A stretch of 64,000 nucleotides of DNA from Eledone cirrhosa (GCA_964016885.1 OZ024743.1:61814001-61878000), one strand, 5' to 3'. Counted from the first letter of the stretch, positions 42,109 through 56,257 are shown. Numbers and translations are program-made. The notes: generated by a model not told the origin, from the letters alone.

Positions 42109-42332
42109 TGTGTGTGTATGTGTGTGTGTGTATGTGTGTGTGTGTGTGGGGGGGGGGGTTATGTATGTGTGTGTATGTGGCACGTATCTTTTTATTAGCC
42201 CCACTACTACTTAAAAAACAGTTTCACGCTCCCTGGTATGGTAATATGTCTTAAAGACATTCACCTCACATTCCTCAAGTGTTTTACACTTGTCTCGCTT
42301 CTACTCTGTCTATCACATTGAATACATCATGA

Positions 42333-42975
42333 ATTAATCAGCTAAAACTAATAGCAGGAATTACAGTCGTGGCATTTGTTATTTTACTAACTCTCTCTCC
42401 CTTTCTTTATACGTATTGTAACCCATCAACTTCTTCTGGATCTCTGACACATAAACAGTATTATTGTTACAAATGACAACCGTACAAGAGGAATAACAAA
42501 GCTTTTTATCAATTCGCCAAAAATGTTTCTCTTCTACAGCAAGCAACTATAGAAGTAACATTTAACGTCTATAGTGCAGGATATATACCCACTACTTCAC
42601 AACCACCACCACCACTACCATCACTAAAAGCATTCGCAACAACATCAACATTACCAGCAATAAGAAGTCGACCAATACCAAGTTCACCCAAAACGACACT
42701 ACCACCGCCATCACTACCAGGAACAAGGCCAACACCGATAATACCAACAACACAACCAACACCAACACTACTGCCAGCATCACGACTAACAACATCAATG
42801 CCAAGGTATACCACCATTACACCAGCTACAAACCAGCACCTATTCACCAACAACACTACTGCCAATACCATCACCAATACCACCACCAACATTATGACCA
42901 GCATCACGACTACCACCACCATTACACCACTCCAAACCACAGACTACCAACACTATTGCCAACATCACTACTAAC
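42333..42975 (+). pseudogene. Possible disrupted coding segment: hydrophobic N-terminus plus Pro/Thr-rich stalk
   Basis: One frame reads INQLKLIAGITVVAFVILLTLSPFLYTYC...YCYK*QPYKRNNKAFYQFAKNVSLLQQATIEVTFNVYSAGYIPTTSQPPPP..., with a single TGA at 42474. An ATG at 42329 is one base out of frame. Confidence 0.3.
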
Positions 42976-43198
42976 AACATTACTGCCAGAGAATATCAAG
43001 CTCATGACCACCACAGGTACCCACACCCCACCATAGCACACCTCTACCAACAACTAAAACCACCACCACCATTACCAACTTAAACTACGTTCGTCGCAAT
43101 AGTAAATCTTCGCCACTCTCTTTCCACCACCTTTTTTATTATTATTTCGACCCTATACAAAAACTTGCTTCCCTTTATGTTCATGTTTTCTACATTAG

Positions 43199-43291
43199 CA
43201 CACTACGTCTACCCTATACAACATTAAGGGTTGCTTATGCTTGCATTGGAATTTCTGGCTAAAAATTTCACCAAGGCCCTTGAATTTTACG
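43199..43291 (+). CDS. Candidate internal exon of an unknown gene
   Basis: TTTTCTACATTAG acceptor, 93 nt open (HTTSTLYNIKGCLCLHWNFWLKISPRPLNFT), consensus donor ACG|GTGAGT. Confidence 0.3.
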
Positions 43292-43845
43292 GTGAGTAAG
43301 TCATTAATAATTGTGAGCCCTTTAGATATCGTGGTGTCCCTAGCTCCAGCAGAGTCAGCCCACTACCCCACAAATCTGCCACTGATGTTTATAAGGAAAC
43401 GTTCATCTTACCAAAGACACAGTTACAAGGAGCGAGAGTAGGTGAAAATTCAAAGTAAACTTCCAGACCCCATTGTTTATGTGTGTGTGTATGAGTGTGT
43501 GTGCGTTTTAAATTCCATCGGCTCCAACGACAAACGTTCTCTCTTTGATAAAGAGAACAACCAAACAAGCCTGCTCGTGAAATTACGTGCAAGCAGCTGG
43601 GCATCACACACACACACATTCAAATTAACCTAAAGCTAGAAACATCAATGCACGTCTTTCCTTTTACACTGAAGAGGTTTAACAAATTGGGCATAAAAGC
43701 CCCAAGACGGCCACCCAATTTGCTAGACTAATTTTCATAGTAAAAAAAAAAATACACATGTGTCGAAGTTTCTAGCTCTAGGATAATTTTCAATAAATAC
43801 ATATCAGTTCAACGTTTCTAAAAATAAATCCTATATGTCTGGGTG

Positions 43846-43932
<87 letters not shown>

Positions 43933-44690
43933 ACACTATTTGTGTTACATTGTTGATGGTGGAACTGGTGATACCGGTTAGTAAACGATGATGCATTAAA
44001 TTAAAGCATTCTACATTATGCAGATCACAATTAATTCTGCAATACACACACACACCACACACGTATATATTACACGTCCCTCGGACTGAATGCTCTGCTA
44101 ACTTTTTCGTAAAAGATAGATCGTTCACGCCGAGGAACGTGTTGCAATATTCGACAGATAATAATGTGAATTTAATATAATTTTATGTGTGTGTATATAT
44201 ATAGTTTGTCAAAGCTGGCCCTGGGAAACACAGTTACTACCTTTTTCTATCAAAATTGTATAGAGCTGACGACTCTTTGATGACTACCGCGAAAATCAAG
44301 AAATGTTTATCATCCTCGGAAAAAGCAGCATCAGTGAGATTTGAACCCTTAATATTTAAGGCCATAACCAAATATCAAAATGCATTTTTATTTCCAACGT
44401 TGTCACAATTCTGCCAATCCCCTAATTTTATGAATTTTTTTATAACAAGCTATATTCTTTAGGTGAAGTTGCTTGGCCTAGTGGTTAGGGCGTTGCTTTT
44501 ACGATTTGTAGCCAACGCTGAATCTTTAGATAAACGTAAACACCTTATTTTTAGGTGCAACTGTTTAATCAGTTGTGTGGAAGTCTGTTAGGATAGATGT
44601 AGGTATAGTGTATATAGGTATAATTCGCAAATAATGCAGGTATATGTAGACGAGTATTGTGGCTTCTCTGTGTATGTATGAATGCACGGG

Positions 44691-44748
<58 letters not shown>

Positions 44749-45213
44749 TGTTTGAAGAATTAACTTCACATTATCCGTATATATTTCGTCTGCAATATAT
44801 ATTTTGGGTTGATGATGAGTTTACTCTAAAATTTGGTTCTGTTCTTTGATTCTTTTTAGATGAACATTTCTGTTTTTGATAGATTTTTTTCGTTTTGTTC
44901 TCATCCGAGCGCATGGTAATACCATGAGAGAATGCATAATTGAATCAATAAGCATTGGATTAACATTGAGCAGACACCACAAGATATATTAGTAAATAGT
45001 TGAGAGCTGCATTACTGTATTAATTTACATGGAACGAAGAAGAGAAGAAAGGGCTTTTACTACTGAAAAACTCATCATAGTTGGTAGAAAACCAATGGGA
45101 GGTGCAGGAGGAGCAGTATGTTGAAGTTATTTACATTCAACCACCATTTAACTCGTGATTTGACACATCATCAAAACTTCTTTCGCTATTTCACTACTTA
45201 CATATATATATAC

Positions 45214-45272
<59 letters not shown>

Positions 45273-45312
45273 ATGTGTGTATATATACATATAATGTGTG
45301 TATATATACATA

Positions 45313-45355
<43 letters not shown>

Positions 45356-45394
45356 ACATACACTTTTATGTGATTGTTTATAAACATGTTTATC

Positions 45395-45430
<36 letters not shown>

Positions 45431-45875
45431 TGTGTCGTGCAACAGATATATTGTACAGTCATTCGGTACTATTTTCATCGAGCAAACATCCTAAACTTCA
45501 CTCAATCATATATGTGTATGTGTGTAATCATATGCATCATATCCACGTGTAACTCCACGTTATAACATTTTACTTCTGCCCACGGGGACAAAAAAAATTG
45601 TTGGTGTAACCGTTTTGTTTAATTCTCATGGCGAAGCTAAATAAGTTTATTAAAAAGGTATTTCTTACATTGTTTTCCAGGATGGCTAACATCAACGCTG
45701 GTTCTCCTCTTTACTTTCTCTCTGCTTTCGTTTTTTACCCTCGTTTGTCTCCTTTTTTCCTTTGCCCCTTGAATATCAACTATCTTTTCTTTCTTCTGAT
45801 AAAAGACTGTTTTACAACTCTATTAAACGTTAAACTGCTATAGCATTAATATGTCTGCATTTCTTATTGAATATA

Positions 45876-45975
45876 CAGGGTGTCCCAAAAAATGTATACA
45901 CACTTTAACAGCATTCTAAAAAATAGTGCCCATAGAGGTAATCAAAGTGTGTATACATATTGGGAGAATACCCTG
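45876..45975. mobile_element. Tc1/mariner-type MITE
   Basis: TA|CAGGGTGTCCCAAAAAATGTATACACACTTT ... AAAGTGTGTATACATATTGGGAGAATACCCTG|TA: imperfect TIRs of about 31 bp and a TA duplication. Confidence 0.75.
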
Positions 45976-46139
45976 TATATCTAATATATATCTATACGAG
46001 AAAAACCACAACAGAATCACAAACCCCCCATCTCAATTTTACTTTAGAAAATTATTAGAACTGTGAAACCGGTAAATTAAATAAATACATATTCTTAAAA
46101 GACTCCAGTTGCATTTTCAATTTCTTTTCATTATCCCAG

Positions 46140-46377
46140 TGCTTATCCCGGTTTCATGGCGTGAAGCGACTGAGAGTACAAGACTCCTCCTGGATAGGAC
46201 GCGAGTCCATTGCGGAGTTAAACCCCCAGCTATTGATGGTACTCATTTTCGGGTGAGTATACTGGAGCAACGTGAAATGAATTGTTTTGCTCAAGAACAC
46301 AACACGCAACCCATGAATCGAACCCACGACGTTATGATCATATGTCCGACAACCTTACAACTAGGCCACGTGCCTCA
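46140..46377 (-). mobile_element. SINE with a family B head and a different tail
   Basis: Reverse complement GAGGCACGTGGCCTAGTTG..GGGTTCGATTC..GTGTTCTTGAGCAAAACA, then an unrelated 3' part. Confidence 0.65.
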
Positions 46378-47107
46378 CACACACACATTATTACTATATA
46401 TATATTATTACTATATATATATTATTACTATATATATATTATTACTATATATATATATATATATATAAAATGAATGTGTATGTATTTATGGGTATATATA
46501 TGTACATATGGGTATATATATATGTACATATGTATATATATATAGCCATGGGATTGAACACGGGACATTATGATTCCGAAGAGAACTTAGTTTCTTAACC
46601 ATTTAGCCATATCTACGTCCATACACAAGCAATAATAGATAATGCGTTTCTATTATCTTTGACCTATGACATTGAAACAGATTGGTCTAATTGCGATGAT
46701 TAAATGGGCCAGTTTGCTATGGTCCAAATAGATTATTTAAAACACAAACATTTATCTCCAGAATATTCTGTTATTTTGACATTTCCCTAAATGCCAATAT
46801 AATCATTGACAAATATTCTGATTGACAAAATATTCATGTTTCAAAATAACTAAACGTAATTTCATACTGATGCGGAAATAATTTACATTTGTCATGATGA
46901 CATTGAATATGTGTGTGTGTGTGTGTGGTGTGTGTGTGTGTGTGCGTGTGTGGCTGTTGAGATTGTAGATGTGGCTCTTGTTTCTTTGTCGGTTTCGGTA
47001 CGTGTGTTGCAGTCGTTTGACCAGCGGAACAGCCTGCAGCCTGCTCGTGAAAGCAACGACAGCGCAATTGTGACTGAGTGGATCGTTGTGTAAATACAAT
47101 ATAATAA

Positions 47108-47293
47108 AATTGTTTCTACTTTTAGCACAAGGCCAGCAATTATCTCTGTACATTACTGGTACTTTATTTTATCGACCCCGTAAGGATGAAAGGCAAAGCT
47201 AACCTCGGCGGGATTTGAACTCAGAACGTAAAGGACCATAACTCTATGCTGCAAAGCATGGTGTCTGACGCTCTACCGATACTGCCAATCCAC
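47108..47293 (-). mobile_element. SINE family A, younger subfamily
   Basis: Close match to 49081-49259, 50755-50944, 50957-51144 and 54539-54721. Confidence 0.8.
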
Positions 47294-47560
47294 AACACTT
47301 TAAATTTGACGTTAACACTCTGTATATATATAATGGTTACTATAACAAAAGGAAAGGGTCCGATCATCAGGTCGGACTAAAGAAATTACGTTTCTATTGG
47401 TTTTACCATTGTGATGGGGTGGAGGGATATTTTTCGGTTGCAGCTCCAGGCAAAATCCTCACCAATTTCTACTGACATGGGGTGGGATTCGAACTCATAA
47501 AGCACATAACCGGAACAGATACCACAAAACATCCCGTTCGACTCTTTAACAATTCAAGCC

Positions 47561-47697
47561 AATGCGCATTCCTGATGATTTCATACGAATGAAAAAGTTC
47601 TAGTGCTGTAGTAGCCATTTTTATATTAAACAATATTTACACTCTACTAATGTATTGAGTACCTTATTTACTATGGTTAATCCCGATTTAACTCGGG

Positions 47698-47700
<3 letters not shown>
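47561..47700 (+). mobile_element. Short element with a degenerate type I hammerhead
   Basis: TTC CTGATGA tTTC atac GAAt GAAAa AG ttctagtg CT GTA; tail shared with 28.0 kb and, inverted, 25.92-25.99 kb. Confidence 0.6.
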
Positions 47701-47795
<95 letters not shown>

Positions 47796-48297
47796 GTGTG
47801 TATGGGTGTTAAAGTATGGGCGTGAGTGTATGCGAAGATGAAAACCAGAAAGAATACGAATGATAAATACGTTTAGATTAAATCTCACTTGGTTTTTCTG
47901 GCTGGCAGTTAGTAAAAAACAAATCATAAAACATGTTTCTAACATCTTGCATCAAGCAAAAGCTCATATATTTGCCAAGATGTTTTAGTATTTCAGTTCG
48001 TCCCACCTACGGCAACCACTCGTTGTTGTCTTGTTGTTAGATCCGATAACATCTAACGTGTTTAGCACATTTCCATGTTCCGCTTCATGAATCCGATCAA
48101 GTTCGGAAAAAGAACCCAGAAAGTTTCAGTTACAAATTGGCATTAAACATGATTTATTTCTCCTACTCTACATCCCTTGTTTACGAAGACATCTCTACTA
48201 TTTTGGTTCTTGATTAAAAATCCAATTCATAGAAAATATGGCTTTTTTTATAATACAATAATTATTTTTTAATACGCTGCCACGTATGTGTGCGTGC

Positions 48298-48377
<80 letters not shown>

Positions 48378-48426
48378 ATTGTACACACAAGTGTAGTGGA
48401 TGTTAGACGCTGTTTTCTGTAGTCTG

Positions 48427-48784
48427 CATCACCCTTTCCTTCCTCAGTCATTTCTAGTGCGTGACGTCATCACCTCTTTCTTCCTCAGTCATTTCTAGTG
48501 CGTGACGCCATCACACCTTCCTTCCTCAATCATCTCTAGTGTGTGATTTTATCACTCCTTCCTTCCTCAACTATCTACAGTGGGTGACCTCATCACCCCA
48601 TCCTCTCTCAATCACCTCTAGTGTGACGTTAGCACCCCTTCCTTCATCAGTCATTTCTATCAAGTGTGTGACGTCATCACCCCTTCCTTCCTCAATCATC
48701 TCTCGTGTGTGACGTCATCACCTCTTCCTCAATCATCTCTATAGCATGATGTCATTACCCCTTTTTCCCTCAGTCATGTCTAGT
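48427..48784. repeat. Minisatellite, unit about 41 bp, about 9 copies
   Basis: CATCACCCCTTCCTTCCTCAGTCATTTCTAGTGCGTGACGT repeated with variation. Confidence 0.85.
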
Positions 48785-48857
48785 GTTTGAAGGAAGGACA
48801 GACGGACGGCAGTCGCTCAAATTTATATATAGAAGCTGTATCGTTAATAATAACAAT

Positions 48858-49259
48858 TTCTTCCAGCATTGGCAAGACCAGCAATTTAAGGGAAAGGAAA
48901 CGTCGATTATATCTACCTCGGCATTTAACTGGTACTTTTATCAACCCCGGAATGATGAAAGGCAAAGTCGAACTCGGTGGGATTTGAACGCCGAATGTAG
49001 AAAATCATAATAAAATGCCCCAAAGCAGTTTGTCCGGTGCTCTACTGATACTGCCAATTTACCGCCCTAATAATAGTAATAATTGTTTCTACTTTTGGCA
49101 CAAGGCCAGCAATTACCCAGTACATTACTGGTATTTATTTTGTCGACCCCGTAAGGATGAAAGGTATAAGTTAACCTCGACGGGATTTGAACTGACTCTA
49201 AAGGGACGTAACTATGCTGGAAAGCATGGCGTCCAACCCACCACCGATACTGCCAATTC
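48858..49259 (-). mobile_element. Two adjacent family A SINEs
   Basis: Two AAAGGCAAAGTCGA / AAGTTAACCTCG cores, each ending in ACTGCCAATT. Confidence 0.7.
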
Positions 49260-49414
49260 AAATAGTAATAATAGTCTATATTTTAATCGGAGCGCTGCTT
49301 GTTCGTCCCTCCGCCCCTCCACCCCTCCCTCTATAGAGAGGAGGGAGCGCCAAGCGCAAGAAATGTACATAAGTAATGAGATTAAATAAACGTCATTTGT
49401 TTAGAGAGAGAGAG

Positions 49415-49467
<53 letters not shown>

Positions 49468-50269
49468 CAGAAAGAGGGAAAAAATGACGTCACTCTCATC
49501 TACTAATAATAATAATAAGAAGAAGAAAAAGGCCAGTAAATTTGGTGGAAGTGCAAAGTTGATTGAATAACCCTCAGTATTTGACTGGTACATTTATAGA
49601 CCCCGGAAGGATAAAAGACAAAATTGACCTCAACAGGATGTGAAATCGGAATATAAAGACAATTGCCGAAAATATTTTGTACAACGCTCTAATGATTCTG
49701 CGAATCCACAACCCTAGATTGAGGCGTAATATAATTTAATCAACGAAAACAGATGGTGGAAACTACTTCAGAAAATGAAATAATTTTGTGTGTCGTCAAA
49801 ACAATAAATATCTCAGAATCATTATCCATATGAAATATTATAGCAATAGTTAACCACTTTGATGCCAACACAGCTAAAACCGTTCTTGGTTCTATTAAAG
49901 AAAACCACTCATTCTAAAGTGTTCATATTTTAATTAAAATCTTCCAACATAAAACCATATGGTATCTTACAATCTTAGTAATGAAATAATTAGACATTTT
50001 AGTAGATCCCTCAAAATCTTTAGTCTCTTGACTGAGGTAGTTTATTATATTAGAAATATGCTCATGAAAGGATTTCAAATTACTGTTAATATATTTAATA
50101 CAGTGATCGATATGAAAAAACTGTAATTTATGTGGAGCGGATAAATCAAATGTCTTCTTTTTCTTTTTCATTTCTTCGCCTTTTTTTCTTCTATTTCTTC
50201 TTTTCCTTTTTTCTTTTTCTTTTTTTTCTTTTCCTTTTTCTTTTTCTTTTTCTTTTTCTTTTTATTTTT

Positions 50270-50460
50270 CTTCGCCCACTTTTTTCTGAGAGGGTCGTGG
50301 GGGCAAGATGCTCAAACACTGCCTGCAGATGGTCCTGTCAGAAGCAACCGTCTCCAATTAATCCAGTTTGATCGCCAAGCTAGACCAGCCGAGTTCATGG
50401 ATGTTATCCAACCATCATGCTCGGGGTCTACACCTGGGTCTCCTGTCGGCTGGTTTTCGT
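50270..50460 (-). mobile_element. RTE-like LINE 3' end fragment
   Basis: Homologous to 57150-57345. Confidence 0.7.
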
Positions 50461-50754
50461 TGATGAGGTCAAAATGAGACCGAAGATATCTCGAGTAGTC
50501 CCACACACTTGACAAAATAATTAAAATAAGGCATTAACTAATATTGACGTTTTCCTTACCACACAATAAATTTATAATTAGCTTTCATATGTTTCTTATA
50601 TTATGTGAACTCTTGCTTGACTGCTGTTTTTTTTTATGGGGATGACTTTTTGGACTAGCTTGCCACAAAATCTGGTATATCCTACATTGACCTAATAATT
50701 CTCCCATCACTAACTGAGGAAGAATGGTGAAGTCTGTTTTACTGATGAGGTCAC

Positions 50755-51144
50755 AATTGTTTCTACTATTGGCACAAGGCCAGCAATTATCCTAGTACAT
50801 TACTGGTACTTTATTTTATCGACCCCGTAAGGATGAAAGGCAAAGTTAACCTCAGCGGGATTTGATCTCAGGCCATAAAGGGACGTAACTCTTTGCTGCA
50901 AAGCATGGCGTCAGACCCTCTACCGATACTGCCAATCCACCGCCTGATGAGGTCATAATTGTTTCTACTTTTGGCACAAGGCCAGCAACTACCCAGTGGA
51001 TTACTGGTACTTTATTTCATCGACCCCGTGAGGATGAAAGGCAAAGTTAACCTCGGCGGGATTGAACTCAGAATGGCAAGGACCGTAACTCTATGCGTCA
51101 AAGCATGGCGTCCGACCCTCTACCGATACTGCCAATTCACCGCC
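50755..51144 (-). mobile_element. Tandem pair of family A SINEs bounded by a triplicated 15-bp sequence
   Basis: TGATGAGGTCA(C/T)AAT at 50743, 50945 and 51146. Confidence 0.8.
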
Positions 51145-51827
51145 ATGATGAGGTCATAATGACACCGAAACATGACCGGGGTTGTCTCACGTACTTACCA
51201 AAATAAATATAATATTAATCAGGAACGAAAATACTTAATTCCTCACATCGTAACCAATTTTATTTAGCTTTTTTTTTACTAAACAATCTGTCTGTCTGAT
51301 CATAATCACATTTAGTTAGCTTTTTTAGCGCTCCATGTATTATGTTAACAGTAATTTAACTATCTGTGAGTATTTCTAGTTAGCATTGAAATACTCTTAG
51401 CATTAAACATGTTAACACTAACGTAATAATCTATCTCTCTCATTTTATTTCTAGTCAGTTCTCGAAATATCAAATAAATTAACTTTAAATTACTTATTTA
51501 TGTACGTGGACGTAGCATGACTGAATGCTTCTTTTTCTTTTTTTTTTGTTTCTTCTTCTTCTTAGAGGCGTGCCCTCCCCAAGTGCTCTTGAAGCGTAGG
51601 GTGATTCAGGATTGATAGGGTACCTCAATCGCCCCTGGGTCGAAATTGTGGAATTTATTTTGTTAAGTAATGCATAGTTTATTATATATTTTCATTGTTA
51701 AATTGATTTTGCTATTATACACTTTTACTCCAGCTTATTGTCAACCCCATTGTCCCTGTTTTTGTATTGTCCCCTACATGTCGGCCCGTGTGGCCAATAA
51801 ATGAAATCATTATTATTATTATTATTA

Positions 51828-52262
51828 GCCCACTTATTCTTGAGATGGTCATGAGGTGAGAGTCCTCAAACACTCTTTCCAGCGGGTCCTGTCAAAAGCA
51901 ACTGACTCCAACTGATTTTGCTGGATCCTCAAGCGAGATCAGCCAAGCTCATGGATGTTATCCAACCATCTTGTTCTGGGTCTACCCCTAAGTCTCCTGC
52001 AGGTTGGTGGTTTTTCCCGTAAAATCTGTCCAGCGATTCTTTCCTAAGACATTCTAACCACATGCTTTTAGTATCGGAGAGGTGATCTCTGAATTTGGAG
52101 AAGTAGCGGCTCTACATGGAGTGACACACTACTCTCCGAGTTACGCAACTACATTGGAGGAACCCCATTTCGGCCGCTTGTACTTGCTATCGCATTATTT
52201 CGGTCATTACTCAAGATTCATGACCATAGATAAGGGTTGGCACGAATACCAAATTGAAGATA
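51828..52262 (-). mobile_element. RTE-like LINE 3' fragment
   Basis: Homologous to 56897-57345. Confidence 0.7.
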
Positions 52263-52918
52263 TGGTTGAATGGTTAAGGAGTTAATGTTGTAATCATTAG
52301 ATTGCAAGTTCGTTCCTACTGGTATTTCGTTTAAGAATCCTTTGCTATATCCTCGGGTCGAACAAAGAAATTGGGTTGACGAAAACTGTTAGAATGAATT
52401 TAGAATCTCCTTGAAGTTGGCCACAGCATTCACCTTATGCCAAATATATTATATTGTATTGTATTACATCAGGGTAATGGATTGGCAAAATTGTTAGAGC
52501 GTTAATATTACATTCTGAGTTGCGCCAATATTACTGGCCTTGTGTCAATGTTAGATAGGATTATATATTATAAGAGAACTGTGTTATAACAAATAATATA
52601 GGGAAGCATTTCGACCGCAAGAAAGACAAGAAAAAAAATATTTTCTTCAAACTAAACCCTCCAAAAACATCAGAATTTTCCTTAGTTTCTCAGAATTCGT
52701 TTCTGCTTTACTGTGTTTGGTTAATTTCCTGATAATGAATTCTATCTTTCACCAAACTAGAAAAGAAGAAATAAAACAAAACAAAATGTTCAGAAAAAAA
52801 ACTAAACTAACTTTTTTTTCTCTCATCTCGTTTATTCTGTTTAACTTTCCATCTGAAACATCTGTGTGTTTAACTACGATGCTCCCCACTCGCCCCCTTT
52901 TAAGTCATTCTTTTATAG

Positions 52919-53059
52919 AGCTATTTTAGGAAAACGGTAAGAGGATCGTTAACATGCTGTTTCTCACTGGGGTGGAAGGGAGGCCACATGGTCAGATTTA
53001 TCGCTGTTAAATTGGATGACATGGAAGGGGAGTGGGCTCTTGCCAGCGTATGTAACGAG
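52919..53059 (+). CDS. Candidate internal exon of an unknown gene
   Basis: TTCTTTTATAG acceptor, 141 nt open in phase 0 ([47 protein letters not shown]), GAG|GTATGC donor, GC-richer than the flanks. Confidence 0.4.
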
Positions 53060-53209
53060 GTATGCATATGTATATATATATATATATATATATATGCCTG
53101 TGTGTGTTTATATATATATATGTGTGTATATATGTATATACATATATACATGTATATATATATATATATATTATACATATATATATGTGTATACTTATAT
53201 ATATATGTA

Positions 53210-53256
<47 letters not shown>

Positions 53257-53411
53257 TATATAAGAGATGGTTTTATTCGTACATCTTTATTTGATATATA
53301 TATGTCTGTGTATATATATATATTTGTATGTATATATATATATGTATAGACACACATATATATGTGTGTGTGTATGTGTGTATGTGTATGTATATATATA
53401 TATATATATAG

Positions 53412-53450
<39 letters not shown>

Positions 53451-53899
53451 ACTCCCATGTATATAATTATACACAGCCAGATGAAGCGACCAAACTGAAA
53501 CTTCCAAATCACTGGAACTTTTCTCTCAGAAAATAATTTACATTCTACTTACATTCATTTTAAGAGCTTATTCACTTTATATTTTAATGTCTATTAAACA
53601 CCCTTTTTAATAATATTTTTAGAAGATGTAAGAATCTCAAAAATGTACCCATGGTCGATTGCAATAAACAATAGGCTGAAAAATCGAGTAAAATAACCCT
53701 ATAGACGTATAAAGCGGGCCAACAACCGCTACGAAGGATCGAACACCGTACCCCTCACGTTCTGGCTGAGAACTATATATGTGTGTGGGGGGGGGGGGGA
53801 ATCTCCGTCGGCATAGACGATTAGTATTCCAGTTTTTCAATCAAAATAGGTGCATATTCAATAAATTATAGTTTAATAGGGTGAGTATTCTATAGACGT

Positions 53900-54194
53900 G
53901 AAGGTACGTGGCTCCGTGTTTATGGTATTCGGCTCACAATCATAAGGTCTTGAGTTCGATTACCGGTGGCCTGTTGTGTCCTTGAGTAATCCATAATGTG
54001 GCAAAAACGAGTTGTACCTGTAATTTGAAGGGCTAGACTTGTCACCTTGTGTCACGTTGAATCTCCCTGAGAACTAAGTTAAGGGTACTCGTGTCTGTGG
54101 AATGCTCAGCCACTTGCACGTTAATTTCACAAGCAGGTGGTTCCGTTGACCGTATCAACTGGAACACTCGTCGTCGTAACCAACGGAGTGCCAG
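53900..54194 (+). mobile_element. SINE family B
   Basis: Collinear with 41400-41720. Confidence 0.8.
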
Positions 54195-54538
54195 TTATAT
54201 ATTTTATAAACACTTGTACGTTTAACATAACCACCTAGTTGAAAACGGCCATGACTTGTTCTAGATATAAGAACAATATGAATTAGAAAATAATGGATTC
54301 GCCACCAATTAGTGGCTTGGTGCTTAAGGTGATTAGTTCAAGATAGTAAAATCGTGATTTCGATCCCTGGTGGCACGTTGTGCACTTCAACAAAACACAT
54401 CTTATTGCATGTTTGTTCGAGTTTACTCAGCTTAAATAAGAATGAATTGCACCTGAAATTAAAAGGGGCCATCCTTGTCAGGCACAGTATTAAGCTAAAT
54501 ATCCATGTGAGCTACATTAAAGATTCGTGTGAATGTAT

Positions 54539-54721
54539 AATTGTTTCTACTTTTGGCACAAGGCCAGCAATTATCCCATTGAATTACTGGTACTTTATTT
54601 TATCGACCCCATAAGGATGGAAGGCAAAGTTAACCTCGGCGGGATTTGAACTCAGACCATAAAGGCCGTAACTCTTTGCTGCAAAGCATGGCGTCCGACC
54701 CTTTACCGATTGGCCAATCCA
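54539..54721 (-). mobile_element. SINE family A inserted into a family B SINE (about 54312-54770)
   Basis: Family B head at 54312-54530; its tail CTCAGCCACCTGTACATTAATTT resumes at 54726. Confidence 0.7.
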
Positions 54722-56257
54722 TAATTCTCAGCCACCTGTACATTAATTTTACGAACAAGCTGGTCCGGCGGTGGCTCGACACTGCAGTGTAAGGAGGTTG
54801 GTATTTCCAGATCGGACGAAGGAAACTGTTTTCATTGGTCTGGCTATTGCTCCTACTATCTGATACTCCTGGCATAACTGTCACTGTTTTAACCAGTCAT
54901 ATGATGCACCATACCCTATCCGGTTGTCTGTTGTTTTTAAAATTCCGCCAATCCACGCCCCTGGATTGGTACTTTATTTATTGACCATAAAAGGATTAAA
55001 GCCAAAGTGAACTTCGTCTGGATGTGATCTCATAGCGCAGCGAATTGGAACAACCAATAAAAAGCTTTCTTTCAAACGCACTTACTATAGTGTGAATCTA
55101 TAAAATATATGACGTTGTTGGATTGTAATCGATTCAGACAATAGGGTTCCAGTTGTTTGAAGAACGGAACAGCCTGCTCGTGAAATTAAAGCCTAAGAGA
55201 CAAACCATTCCACAGACACGAGTACCTTTAAAATAGTTCTCAGAGAGATTCCGTGTTACACAGATACAACTCATGTTTGCCTGCTGATTGTATGTGCCAC
55301 CGTGATGGAAAGTACTTGATATTTATTGTGATGTTCAAAGACGATTTGGCTACTATTTCTAGCGTATCACCATCGTCAGTACTGAAATGGAATCTACTTT
55401 ATATTTATTCTCTTTTAAACTCTTTTGATACAAAACCGCCCGAAACTGCCGCTGTTTCTATCATTCCAAACTTAGTTTTTAAGTGTTTATATTTCTCAAA
55501 AAAACAAAAACAAATTTCCATCATGATTCAATTAAAGGACATTTAAGTTACGTTTCAAACGCCAGCATAATAGTGAAACATTTATTTATACTAACCACCC
55601 CTCACCTCATATTTGATTTTTTTTTTAAATTAATTAAATATCCTAAGAAGTATTTCAATAGAAGTATGGTAATGAAAGGTTTGGCTGCTATTTCTACCAA
55701 TTGAAATGGCTACGTGTAGACTCTCTTGTTAGTACAGAGATGGAATTTACTTGATAGCTTTTTGTTTTGTGCATTTAAAAAAAAATATTTTGTTATTTTC
55801 TTGTTTGGTTTGGCCATAACTTGGATATTTTTACAACGAAAACCGACAATTAAAAGTTCCTCATCTAAACAAAACAGCATTAAATAAATTAACAGGAACC
55901 GGTCCTGGAATATTAGACCCAACCTTGATATTCTAAACTCTAAGTGAAATCATTATGGAGTTTTAAAACTCTTTTTTCGAATAAACATTTCAAACAACAA
56001 CACTGGACCAAGTTTACGACAGTAACATCTGCTATAGTGGAACAGCTTTAATAGATGCGCCCACGCTAAGATGAAGACAATCTCAGAGTAGCAGATATAA
56101 AGGAAGTATAACAGTGGGATTTCGGTCATATGCTAATACCATAGGACAGTGGTTCTCAGAGATACAGGTTTCATTCCTCCCTTCCCATCCACCATTTTGA
56201 ATTTTCATCTTCTTCTCCTCCTCCTTCTCCTTCTTCCTCTTCTCCTTCTTCTCCTTC

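Noticed and set aside
44808-44842. TTGATGA-TGAG..CTCT-AAAA hammerhead-like relic
   Set aside because: Too many core and stem mismatches to distinguish from chance.
47358-47377. Minus-strand CTGATGA in the loop of GTCCGA/TCGGAC
   Set aside because: No compatible GAAA and stem III.
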